From Octopus vulgaris (Eukaryota): a DNA stretch of 64,000 nucleotides. How positions within the stretch are numbered: the stretch's first letter is position 1; the number at the start of each line of letters is the position of its first letter. The stretch is from positions 65,038,001-65,102,000 of the forward strand of contig OX597825.1 of assembly GCA_951406725.2 (NCBI GenBank), in the 5' to 3' direction. Made by a program: the position numbers and the translations under genes. The notes below the pieces were generated by a model, which saw only the letters and a program-made list of their open reading frames with translations, made no database searches and had not been told where the DNA came from. This document shows positions 25,346 to 37,551 of the stretch, one piece after another.

Positions 25346-26073
25346 ATAAACAATCACAACACGTAATAGCTGTCTCAATGATGGCGACAAGAACAACAGC
25401 AGGGAGAGAAACATTTCCAGTTGAAAAGGCAACAAAATTCACATGGAATCAAATGGTTATTCTCAGAATGAACGACTAAAATAATTGCAAACGTAAATTT
25501 TACCGTAGTCGCAAAGCTATTTACGAAGTTCCAGATTATATCAATTATGCTCATAAAAAACATAAGTTTTATAGTCTCCGGTAATCAAGCTCAATTTTCG
25601 CAAGATTTGAACTAACAACGTATGTAGATGGGTTATAACAACATCAAATAGGTTAAAGAAAGCATATGCAAAACACATGCAGCTGAACGACGGCATTTTT
25701 AGTAGTTCTTTATAGTAACAATAACACCACTTGCAAGTCATCGACCTACTTAGTGCGTGAGTGTTTTGTTGTTTTTCTTTTTAAACTTTTCTAATAAATA
25801 TTAGGAACATTTCGATAGGTGGCAAAAGAGGAGCGGATATTCTCTTGAGCAGAAGATAAACAATAACAACAACAACAAATATATACAAAGAAGACCTGAT
25901 GATTTAGTTGTTGGGTGTTGAAATGAAAGCAGAAAGAAAAAAGGCAGATTGTCTGCTGGAGAAGAGATAGTTTTAAAACATCCAACACTACTCTTTGGCT
26001 GCCTGATACAGCTAACGTAATAGATAAGAATACGTGTGTGTGTGGGGGGGTCTGCATGAATAAGTATGTGGAG

Positions 26074-26316
26074 TGGAAGCACTCCGTCGGTTACGACGAT
26101 GAGGGTTCCGGTTGATCCGAATCAACGGAACAGCCTGCTCGTGAAATTAACGTGTAAGTGGCTGAGCACTCCACAGACACGTGCACCCTTAACGTAGTTC
26201 TCGGGGATATTCAGCGTGACACAGAGAGTGACAAGGCCGGCCCCTTGAAATACAGAAAGTAGGAGTGAGAGAAAGTTGTGGTGAAAGAGTACAGCAGGGA
26301 TCACCACCAACCCCTG
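26074..26316 (-). mobile_element. 5'-truncated SINE-C/D type: middle 2 + tail D
   Basis: GCACTCCGTCGGTTACGACGA...GGAACAGCCTGCTCGTGAAATTAACGT shared with 12542-12705. Confidence 0.85.
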
Positions 26317-26385
<69 letters not shown>

Positions 26386-27735
26386 CAACTACCGTAGTTT
26401 GAATAATATTTTTAAGGTCGCAATTTACTCACACGATATTCACAGATCTGTCGCTAGTTCAGTTCTTATCCAAATTGAAAATTGTTAATATTTTTGACGA
26501 GGAATGGTCCATAGCTACATTTTGGCATAAACATATTGAGACTTGGTCCAGTGGAAAGAAAATTTACACCGAAATTTGTAGCAACGTTATAGGAGAGATT
26601 TTTATTTTAAAACCAAAATATATTTATCTTAGCTTCAATGATAAAAGAAAGCATAAGAAATTTTATAGCTTTAATCCCATGCAACAAAAGTTTGTATCAA
26701 AAAAGTTGTGAGATAAAATATCATGGAAAAAATAGTAAATCCATCTGGATTTGAGTATAATTTAACTTTTTTTTATTTAAAAAAAAATTGTATTTTAATT
26801 AAGCTTAAATGATACCGCTCAAGTCGAGGAACTTCATGGTATCAATCTGATGTAATGAGGTTTTAAAAAAAAAAACATTATGATTGCTTGTTTCTCAAAT
26901 TTGTGGGTGATAATATAGTTCTAAACTTTTTTATATGTCACCGGCATCATTGAGGTAAATATAAAATTTTCAATGACACCGCTAATTTGAAATTAGTTTA
27001 ATTACCTTATCTGTATTAATTAATGCAGTTATATCATGTAAACGCAGTCCCGTAATATCTGAGACAAGAAAGAAGTTTTAAAAGAATAAAGTAATGGATG
27101 TTTGTTTCTCAAATTTGAGATTGATGATATAGCTCTATACTTATTTTTATAAATATAGTTCTATCAGAGGTATTTTAATATATGTCAACGGTATCATTAA
27201 GATAATTTTCAATAATCAAAATCTTGACTTATTAATTGACACATTATTATATTATTTAGCATAACAGCATTGTCTGAAAAAATAATGGATTATATAGGAA
27301 AATGCGAGCAAGAGAAATAATATTCTTAAGATTATAAACCTGGAAAAGTACAGAACGACTTAATACATTTGTAAAAGTTCAGGATAAGTTATTTCATCTG
27401 GTCAAGTACAGAACAAGAAAAAATGTTTACTTAAAATATTGTAGCTAAGGATACAATTTCAATATTAAATTTATTTGATTTTAATTTATAAAATAACTTT
27501 ATAATTTTAAAAGATACCATGATTTTGTTAAAACATTGACACATTAGAATACATAAAAATGGGAGCCAGAAATACAAATATAGCTAAAGTTTTATGGAAA
27601 GTAGAATAGTATATATGGTAAGCAAATTCATTAAAAATAGGTATTGAGTCAAAACTAAAAATATGAAAGTGTAGTTCTGTAATTTTCCACGTTTACAATC
27701 TGAAGAATATTATTTCTCTTGCTCGCATTCTTCTA

Positions 27736-27770
<35 letters not shown>

Positions 27771-27771
<1 letters not shown>

Positions 27772-28702
27772 CAAACTGGTGCCGGAAACTCCAATACGAA
27801 CATTTCAGAGTGTTTGGGTTTTAGTCGGAGCACAGTGCAATTTGAGGACATGTAACAAGAGCGTCGGCTGCGGGGTCATTCCGAAAAGCTCTACCTACGA
27901 CGATTTCATCTCAATCGAAGGAGAGGAACTTTCTCCGTCCGGGTTGCGGATCCGTGGAACAAGCTGCCAGACGAGATGGTGAAGATGCCGACGACCGCTT
28001 TGTTCAAAGCCTCCCTGGACCTCAAGTGGCCTGAACTCTTTACATGAACACCACCCTGTACTTAACTCCATGTCCCCCTACATGGCCTTGCTATTTTGCT
28101 TTTGAGCCAAATTAACTAACTAACTAACTAACTAAGAGTGATAAAAATCAAACATCCAGCCAATACAACCAGTTATGGCGACGTTGTGCTTCCTTTCTTC
28201 TCTTCACACGGCCTCAGACTCAACACGGAAGCCTACATCAAGTGCCTGGAGGAGGTAGTGCTGCTTTGTGGCAAGAGCGTGACTGCTGGAAGACCCTATG
28301 TCTAACAACAAGACTCTGCATCATGGCACACAAGCAGGGAAACTCAGTCATGGCTGTCAGGCAATTTCTGCAACCGCATCACCTCTCTCGTCTGACCACT
28401 TATGTCCCTTCAGACTGCAGCCACATTGACTATTATGTGGGGCGCAGTTGAGCGAGAGACCAACAAAACTCTTTGTGACACCAAAGATGAAGTGAGGGCA
28501 ACGATTATAGCACTATTTACCGTCCACTAGAGTTGCAGGGAATTCCGTATTTGTCTCGAGGCCGTGGTTGACGCCAATGACGCTTTTATTGAATAAATGT
28601 ACTCTTTATTATTTAAAGATATTTTTATGTAATTTTGGTATCTTTTAGAATGAGATCTCCGTATCATTTAATTCACAGTTAATTCACCCACTCATGCCTG
28701 TA
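27771..28702 (+). mobile_element. Internally deleted, decayed DD37D (maT-like) Tc1/mariner-superfamily transposon
   Basis: 28139-28594 translates LRLNTEAYIKCLEEVVL...GRPYV*QQDSASWHTSRETQSWL...DCSHIDYYV..AVERETNKT...LEAVVDANDAFIE*. N-terminal HTH-like AGNSNTNISECLG at about 27780-27840. Ends ...CCTGTA. Confidence 0.8.
27862..28135 (+). mobile_element. 5'-truncated CR1-type LINE (ORF2 C-terminus, 3' UTR, (AACT)n tail) nested in the DD37D element
   Basis: RLRGHSEKLYLRRFHLNRRRGTFSVRVADPWNKLPDEMVKMPTTALFKASLDLKWPELFT* (stop 28045-47) has the CR1 motifs RGH..KL, FS.RV...WN.LP and FK..LD. Short duplication AAGAG at 27857-61 and 28134-38. Confidence 0.9.
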
Positions 28703-28981
28703 TATTTGCGGACCCATGTAAAACGAATCTCCACCAATTATTGTCATTATATCTCTGCACATCTTTCAATGCTGTGTATGCCATAATGCCTGCAAATTTA
28801 ACGGAGACCATAAAAGACATTTTAAGATCCACAAAGACAGAACTTAACTCTAGCTCTTGGCGGTCAAAATCAGATGTGCAAATTTGTAGGTGTCTTTTCA
28901 ATACATTATCTGATTTAAAACGCTATATCAGGCGCCATATTTTCTTTTACCCGAAGTCAATATATCTTTGATCCCATCTTC

Positions 28982-29150
<169 letters not shown>

Positions 29151-29312
29151 GAACCTACCTCACGGCAAGAGGTGCAAATGAGAGTAGCTATATCAAACTC
29201 CATTCTTCACCAAGTGCCACATATTAGACGAGGTTCGTCGTAATAACACTGTAGCACAAAACGGCGGTCCATCAGCATGGCTGCAGCTCTAAGCTGAAAC
29301 TAGAAAAAAAAA
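29151..29312 (+). mobile_element. Retroelement 3' end sharing the SINE-B tail
   Basis: GGCGGTCCATCAGCATGGCTGCAGCTCTAAGCTGAAAC plus A-run resembles SINE-B GGCGGTGCTCCAGCATGGCCGCAG...CTGAAAC, but the upstream sequence differs. Confidence 0.55.
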
Positions 29313-29431
29313 ATATATATATATACATACATATATATACATATATACATACATATATATATACATATATATATATATATACATATATATATACATATAT
29401 ATATATGTACATATGTATGTATATTTATATC

Positions 29432-29472
<41 letters not shown>

Positions 29473-29475
<3 letters not shown>

Positions 29476-29734
29476 TCGCATAGCAAGTAATTTGATCTGA
29501 GATCGTGTGCTGAAACGAAAACAATTGCAGCGTGGGAGGTTTTGATTGATTGATTGATTCCAGTTCCAGCCTATGAGCTGTGGCCATGCTGGGGCACCGC
29601 CAGGTGTTTATAAGCCATTTAAGAAACACACAAAAGCCGTTCGATTCACTCCAACATTTAAGTTTAATTTGTCAAAATATTTTCGTCGCTAAAATCCGCG
29701 ACCTGTTCACTGACAAAGTCCGTGCTGCATCTGC

Positions 29735-29735
<1 letters not shown>
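29473..29735 (-). mobile_element. Hammerhead-bearing Penelope-like mini-element between (TA)n tracts, interrupted by a ~60-bp retro-tail insertion (about 29540-29601)
   Basis: Contains the hammerhead at 29668-29717. The insert is a reversed GGCGGTGCCCCAGCATGGCCACAG tail with (CAAT)n, flanked by AGGT repeats. Confidence 0.65.
29668..29717 (-). ncRNA. Minimal type-I hammerhead ribozyme with G3-C8 covariation
   Basis: Minus strand: TTTGTCA-GTGAACA-G-GTCGC-GGATTTTA-GCGAC-GAA-AATATT-T-TGACAAA. Perfect 7-bp stem I, perfect 5-bp stem II, palindromic stem III, UUU cleavage triplet. Confidence 0.75.
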
Positions 29736-29780
<45 letters not shown>

Positions 29781-30164
29781 CTTTTTATTCTGCTTACAAA
29801 TGTACGTCTTCATGTGTCAATGTATATATGCGTACAGTTGTACATAATTGTCTGGAATGCGAGAGACTTAGACTTCACATGCAAAACAACTTAAAAAAAG
29901 AAAAAAATGACAATTTATTAATTTGACAGATTTGTTGCAGTATTTTTCTGCAAACGTAAAAAGAAAGAACAACATAGAAGTTATTACAAATATAGCAGAC
30001 AGGAAAAAAAAACAATATATTTATATTACAAATACATTTATATTACAAATTTCAGTTGATTCAACCACAAATTTTCTAGCAGATACATGAACAATATAGT
30101 TGAAAATCTTACAAAATATTCTTGCCCAGTGGGAGACAAGCCAGTACAGGAAGACTAGTTCAGA

Positions 30165-30293
30165 TACATAGATAGTTAGAGATAGATAGATACATACATA
30201 CATACGTACATACATACATAGAGACGTACATAAATAGATAGACAGACAGACAGGTAGATAGACAGAGAGACAGAAGGATATATATATATATAT

Positions 30294-30358
<65 letters not shown>

Positions 30359-30636
30359 AAAATAGATATGTTTCTTTATTAGCCACACAGGGTTGCACAC
30401 AGACGGGACTAATTACAAGGGATAGATAGACAGATAGACGGACGGACAGACAGGCAGACAGAAAAAAACAGATCGATAGAAAGAAAGAAGATAGATAGAT
30501 AGATAGATAGAAAAATAGGGAGATAGATAGAGAGACAGAGAGATAGAGAGATAGATAGATAGAGAGAAAAATAGGGAGATAGATAGAGAGACAGAGAGAT
30601 AGAGAGATAGATAGAGAGATAGAGAGAAAAATAGGG

Positions 30637-30716
<80 letters not shown>

Positions 30717-30730
30717 GGATGGATGAATGA
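30165..30730. repeat. (GATA)/(GACA) microsatellite complex with higher-order ~56-62-bp units
   Basis: AAAATAGGGAGATAGATAG recurs at about 30512, 30568 and 30628. Other GATA tracts lie at 42706-42802, 61618-61862 and 63762-63865. Confidence 0.95.
30368..30420 (-). mobile_element. 3' tip of a LINE-like element inserted in (GATA)n
   Basis: Minus strand CCTTGTAATTAGTCCCGTCTGTGTGCAACCCTGTGTGGCTAATAAAGAAACAT has an AATAAA and resembles the long tail of SINE-A. Confidence 0.55.
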
Positions 30731-31317
30731 ATCGAAATTTAGACAAGAGGATGGGCGAAAAAGAAATAGACAGACTCGCAAATAATGTAACGTATTCGAA
30801 TGAAAACTATTTCGATGAAACTGTTTAGACAAATTTCAGTACATTTCCTCATGGGTTGTATAAAACTTAAGATGTTGTCTAACAAATGAATGAAAAAGCA
30901 ACAGACGCACAGAAGCCACCACGTACGCACTCACACACACACAGTCACGTAGATTTGAACATTATATAAGCGTGTATATATACATACATATATACATACA
31001 TATATACATACAAATGTATATATATTTGTATGTATAGTTGTTTCTTTAGGGAGAATGACAACTACTACGACAACATCTTCAACAGCAACGATGGCTAAAG
31101 AACAATCATCTACATTGTCAACGTCATCATCATCGTCACGGTCATCTCCGTTATTTTCTTCATGTAACGATATTGACGCTCAACAACTTCAATAATATTA
31201 ATCTGGATAACAACGATTACGATAATGTTGTCGATGTTGATGATGATAAGGGGGTGTGGAGAGGCGTTGGGACGATGACCAATGATGAGGCTAATAATAG
31301 TAACGAATGATGATAAT

Positions 31318-31508
31318 ATTTGTTCCAAATTTTGGCTTAAGTCCATCAATTTCGGAAGAGGCACATAGTTTATTACATCGACCCCAGTGCTCAGTTGATA
31401 CATATTTTTATCGAATCCGAAAGGAATAAAGGACAAATATCGACTACGGCAGAATTTGAACTCAGAACGTAAAATGCGACGAAATACAGCGAATCATTTC
31501 ACCCGGAG
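31318..31508 (-). mobile_element. SINE-A
   Basis: TTACATCGACCCCAG...GAATTTGAACTCAGAACGTA. Confidence 0.85.
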
Positions 31509-31514
31509 TGAAAA

Positions 31515-31890
31515 CGGTGAGCTGGCAGAAACGTTAGCACGCCGGGCGAATTGCTTAGCAGTATTTCGTCTGTCTTTACGTTCTGTGTTCAAATTTCGCC
31601 AAGGTCAATTGTGCCTTTCATTCTTTCGAGGTCGATAAATTAAGGACCAGTTACGCACTGGGGTCGATATAATCGACTTAATCCGTTTGTCTGTCCTTGT
31701 TTGCCTCTGTGTTTAGCCCCTTGTGTGTAGTAAAGAATTAGTTACTTTGTCTGTCTTTATACGTTCTGTGTTCAAATTTCGCCAAGGTCGATTTTGATAA
31801 ATTAAGAACCAGTTGTGTACTGGGGTGAATGTAATCGACTGTCCCCCTCCCCAAAGGTTTTGGACCTTGTGCCTAGAGTAGAAAAGAATA
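31515..31890 (+). mobile_element. Dimeric SINE-A (long-tail unit + short-tail unit)
   Basis: Junction GTAAAGAATTA|GTTACTTTGTCTG at 31740/31741; terminal CCTTGTGCCTAGAGTAGAAAAGAATA. Confidence 0.9.
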
Positions 31891-32090
31891 CTTAGAGTTA
31901 TGTTCCCTTTCTCTGGCCATCTTCCAAATATTTAAAACCCAGGGCAGTTTAACCACGTAATTCGCATTTAAAACACATGTTGGATGCTGGTCTAACACTT
32001 TTCTGTTATTCCGAATTGAAAACTGTACAAGTATATCTTTCCCTTTCATCTTAGTGGTTCCGATGAAATAATGTACCAGTGACTTATAAT

Positions 32091-32303
32091 CTTTTCTACT
32101 CTATGTACAAGGACCGAAAGTTTGGAGGAGGGCACCAGTCGATTAGATCGACCCCAGTACGCAACTGGTTCTTAATTCTTCGACCTCGAAATGATGTAAG
32201 GCAAAGTCAACCTCGGCGGAATTTGAACTCAGAACGTAACGACAGACGAAATACTGCTAAGCATTTCGCCCGGCGTGCTAACGTTTCTGCTAGCTCATCT
32301 CCT
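32091..32303 (-). mobile_element. Short-tail SINE-A with degenerate TSD
   Basis: TACCAGTGACTTATA (32074-88) vs TACCAATCACTTATA (32304-18). Confidence 0.9.
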
Positions 32304-32350
32304 TACCAATCACTTATATTAGAAGGGTGATGTGGCTCTGCTCTGGGTTC

Positions 32351-32520
32351 CTCATATATTAAGGCGGCGAGCCGGCAAATCAGTAGCACGCTGGATTTTT
32401 GTGTCTTTAAGTTGCCTTCAAAATCCGCCAAGGTCGACTTCGACTTGTATCGTCTACGTATCGATAAAATATGCAACTGTTGAGTACGAGGGGTTGATGC
32501 AACAAGCAGGCACAATATTT
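32351..32520 (+). mobile_element. Decayed SINE-A
   Basis: AAGGCGGCGAGCCGGCA head; CCGCCAAGGTCGACTT. Confidence 0.7.
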
Positions 32521-32698
32521 AGATCGTTGGGGGAAATTCCTTGCATTGCTTGTTTCGTTTCTCAACGGCCTAAAATGATTCCGGGATCAACTGCACATTA
32601 CGCCCATCCGTGGTGGATAAAATAACATAGCTTTTGAAGCACTGGATTCGTTTAACACACTTCTTTAAATTTCAGGCCTTGTGCCTCAATGTCACCGT

Positions 32699-32745
<47 letters not shown>

Positions 32746-34198
32746 AGACTACAACTGTTCTACAATACTTCTATACCAATTTTGTATTTTGTATTTATGT
32801 ATTAACATTTTGTTTGTGTGTGTGTGTTTGTGTGTGTGCAAACACTGTTTTAATTCTGCTGCGTGTATGCACGAATGAACAAATGCGTCCGTCTAAACAC
32901 CTTTATCAGAGCAGTAATGCTTACACCTATTGTTGTATAACTCTAGATGAGCTGCAGACTAGCAGATATATATTATTACTGACACATTAACCATGAGCAA
33001 GGGCAATATTTTCAAGCTTAATTTGTTTCAGATTTACAGTATTTAATTATGGGAACACGTTGAGAAAAAATACAACCTTCCTGTCTTGTGTGATTATCAA
33101 GTTCTTTCGCTGGTATTTCTAACTTACGAATTGTCATTAAGGTGACTCCGTCATTGGCTCACCTGACGATGTTTCTTCGCAATTACTGTTCCTTGTTTGG
33201 TTATATGGCGTATAGGCTTCCATAAATTTAGCGCAATTTGATCATGGTTTTACGTGAGAAGAATGAATGAATAAGATGCATTTAACCGAAGAAAATACAA
33301 ATTTACAAAATGATATAATTTGAGCAGGTTTCTTTGTCGGCAACAATTAAAGAATAATTGCTGGAATGCATCGCAGGGCGTGCACACATTTGTTCTCATA
33401 AAGGCAGCATGATTTGTCTGTGTATCAGTGTACTAAGTAAACTTAATGCATTTCATATTTACGGATATGTCTCGAGGTGATAAGGAAGGCATGCACCGAA
33501 TGCATTGCACATCACACAAAACATATTCATAAATAGAATTCTTACAAAACAACACATACGTACAGTCACATATATACACACATGTATGTATGAATGCATG
33601 CATACATGTGTGTATGTATGTATATATGTATGTATATATGCATGCTTATGCATGTCACTTTGATTTTGCTCTTCATAACTTAAAGCTTCGTTGGTGCAGA
33701 AGACACGCCCATCTCCTGAGATGTTTCAAGAGAGATTTAAGACAGATTATCCATACATGTGAGATTGATGTGCCCAATGTAACCAGACAATTTCAGACAT
33801 GTGGAGTTGAGTCAAATAGCTATTTAAATCATATGTGACTGTTGCCAAAATGTTAGGTGCCACTTCATTAAATGTATGAAATGCAAAAAATGTATATATG
33901 TTTACATACATAAAGGCTCGATTTACACAGAATAGAAATGATATCGAGAATTTAAGAGGTTGAAGAAAAGTATTACAAATCCAACAGCGGTTTCTGAGGG
34001 CTCGGTGGTCCAAAATAGTGTTTTTAGGTTGATTCTATCGTCAGATGTGACGAGCCTCCGTCTTCAGTGAAGAGATCTTACATTTGATGTGATGAAAGAA
34101 GGAAGTATAAAACATTTCTCTGCCCGCTCAAGTTTGAATCTCTTAAACACTACTAAGTATATTCTACACGGTGTATATCTGACTCTCATCTATGAGCC

Positions 34199-34243
<45 letters not shown>

Positions 34244-34255
34244 ATGGGGTATATA

Positions 34256-34289
<34 letters not shown>

Positions 34290-35439
34290 CATATATGTAT
34301 GTATGTATATGTGTGTGTATAATGCATCAAATATTTTTTACAGATATCAAACACGTTTATATAGGCAAAGACAAATTATATATAGGCTTTCAGATTTTAG
34401 TCCCATAGATATTCTACATAAGATATCTCCTATGGAAAGAGTTAGTCTTGGATAGAACATCTGAACCACACTCAGAGGACAATTCCAAACCCAGAAAGAA
34501 TATATAATTGGTACTAACAATGAAATGGATTGTTTTATACGTGCAAAGAGAGGTTAAAAAAACAGGAAGAAACTCAATACCTCCCGCAAGCATTATCCAT
34601 ACAGAAGTTGTACAAACGAAGCAAAGAACTTTATTTGGTCCCTGCAGGATTATCTTTACTCTTGTGTATATTTACACACTTGTTTATATGTATATTTATT
34701 GGTCTACTTGCATATATAATCGATTGAGTTTCCCTCCCTCCGTCATGCTGTTACTGTTTAAATTGTTTTTAATGTATCAGTAATTTTCAGTCAATATCTC
34801 CTCACAGTTTCAATTCGTTTACATATTTTGCACGTCTTTATGCAAATGTGTATGGTTATACCTATGCTCATAATCTCTGTATGTATCTGTGCAGTTATAT
34901 ATGTATTTGGATAAATTCGTATACGTATTTTTATTTACATGCCTATTTGTAAGTCAGTGTATTTATCGCTTCCCTTTTTATTCACTCTTTTTAAATCGAT
35001 AATGTTCAAAATTTAAGTCCCATTACGCTACACATTTTCACCTTAAAAAGTTGACCTTGCCATAGCATTGATAGCCTAAAAGCTAATGAAATATTCCTCA
35101 CGTCTTTTTATAAAGTCATTTATTCTCTCCCACACAACCGTTTCGTATTCATAAGCATAAAACCATTATCCCTCGACGTTCCATTGCGACCCTAACAAAC
35201 TAAGGCATTACATTAATTTATTAATAATCTCTTTGACAAAACAACGCTTATTACTTTAACTAGTTTCTATAATATATTCTATAAATAAACTACAACCTTA
35301 TATATATCATGTATTACATCTATTCCTCGATCTATATTTGTCAGAGGCGTTCAAAATTTAATCACTTATTTGTACTTACCGAATACTAACAGTTTTACCT
35401 GAAAAAATACTATAGTTCTCTAAAAATGTTCAAAATATT

Positions 35440-35848
35440 GGCGCAGGAGTGACTGTGCGGTAAGTAGCTTGCTTACCAACCACATGGTTGCGGGTTCAGT
35501 CCCACCGCGTGTCTTCTACTATAGCCTCGGGCCGACCAAAGCCTTGTGAGTGGATTTGGTAGACGGAAACTGAAAGAAGCCCGTCGTATATATGTATATA
35601 TATATGTATATATGTATATATGTATGTGTGTGTATATGTTTGTGTGTCTGTGTTTGTCCCCCAACATCACTTGACAACCGATGCTGGTATGTTTATGTCC
35701 CCGTAACTTAGCGATTCGGCGAAGAGATCGATACAATAAGTACTAGGCTTACAAAGAATAAGTTCTGGGGTCGACTTGCTCGACTAAAGGCGGTGCTCCA
35801 GCATGGCCGCAGTCAAATGGCAGAAACAAGTAAAAGAGAGTAAAGAGT
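35440..35848 (+). mobile_element. Full-length SINE-B (tRNA-like head, CORE-like region, internal microsatellite, GTAAAAGA tail)
   Basis: A-box-like TGACTGTGCGG and B-box-like GGTTCAGTCC; collinear with the copies at 42253, 60583, 62331 and 62867. Confidence 0.95.
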
Positions 35849-36822
35849 ATATTTATTCCTATTCATTTTTGTTAGCAAAATGTTTATATTTTTGATAAGT
35901 CAATTTATCTTCATATAGAAATTAGTACAATAGTTAGACTTATTTTTAATGTGTCCTTTTATCTTCATATAGAAGTGAACGGTCTTCATATAGTACCTTA
36001 CTCCACATTCTTCACTCCGTCTTCAGGTTACGTCTTCTTCAAAATGTCTTCCGTTTTTTTTCAATGTTGAAAATTATATTGTATATAAAGTATTTTATAT
36101 ACTGCATTTTATGATCGGTTTAACATTTGACTCTTTTCATATTGAGAAAGTAAAATATTTCTAAACAGAATTTTATAAAGCTTTACGTGTCCGTGTGTCG
36201 ATGTGCGCGTGTATTTAACTGAAAAGGAGAGAGAGAAAGAGAGGATTTCTTTATTCACCATAAGGTTGAGAAAAAGATGGGACGATACGAGGACAGACAA
36301 AACAAACATTAGGGTCAGAGTATAGAATGAGACGAAACGTACGAATAAACAAATAATTAAAATATATACAATTAAATGAAAATGAGTGATTTACAAAAAA
36401 TGAAGTGGAGGACGCGGTCGACCCAGATAGGTGTATGTGTGACTTTGTTCTGTGTATTTAAATGATATTTATATTTACGTTGATTCGAATCAAAGCATAA
36501 CTTTAGTTGCTGTTCATGTCGCTTGGTCTAGCTGTTCATGTCGCTTGGTCTAGCGGTTCAATTAATAGGGTTCAATAAAATTAATACTTGGGGGTCCACT
36601 AAAATCCTAACAAAATGATGACGCATCGTGATTGCTGTCCGATAACTGAAACTGATAAATTATTGAAAGATACCGCACAGACACACTCACACACACTCAC
36701 AGATACGCACACACACATGCCTCGCGCACACATACGCCCAGTGAGAGAGAAAAAGAAGGAGAGAGAGAGTAAAAGAGAGAAGAAGAGGAGGTGGAAGAGA
36801 GAGAATGTATTGTATGCAATAG

Positions 36823-36919
36823 CTTATCTATTTGTATTCTATTTCGCATGCATTTCTCTTCGCATTAATTTGATTTCTGATTTATTTTATCTCTGATTTC
36901 TTTCTACTTTTAGGTAAGT
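36823..36919 (+). other. Candidate recursive splice site (ratchet point) AG|GTAAGT
   Basis: 89-nt AG-free, T/C-rich tract ending TTTCTTTCTACTTTTAG (AG 36912-13), immediately followed by the consensus donor GTAAGT (36914-19). Branch-like CATTAAT/TCTGAT motifs upstream. Confidence 0.55.
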
Positions 36920-37503
36920 CTTTAACAATATGATTCTTTGAAACGAAAACAGAAAATGTGAGAGGCATAATTGAATATATATGATAGGTACGTATCTGGT
37001 TTATTAATGTCGACGAGTTGCATTTCTCTTATCACTTGTAACGCTATAGCACATCATAAAATTGCTGGTTCCTTAAAATGCTATTAGTTCTTCTAATCTT
37101 GAGGTGAATTGACAAACAGCTTCTACGAACATTTTTGCATAATAAACAATGTATGAGGAAAAATCAAATAGGTGTGGGCGTAAGATGAAGTTAGCAGGGA
37201 TGGGGGTGCCACATAAAAAGAAAAAAAAAAACGTTTTGAAAAGTCATCGAATCACTTCTCCCTTTCTACATCGCTCCTTCAAACTTCATTCATTAATAGA
37301 GTTGAACAATTTGAGAAAGAAATGGCTTTTTAGATATTCAAGAATTAAAGAAGGAGAATTAATCTTGTTATGTTGGCCTAATGAACTGGATCAAGACATC
37401 GAGGAAATGTTCGCATTCAAGGCAGGTTTTGTAGAATCAAACGGTATAAAAACATACATACTTGCACACATATATCCACACATATATGTGTGTGTATTCA
37501 TAC

Positions 37504-37551
<48 letters not shown>

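Noticed and set aside
25895-25930. CTGATGA...GAAA
   Set aside because: The intervening sequence does not pair; chance match.
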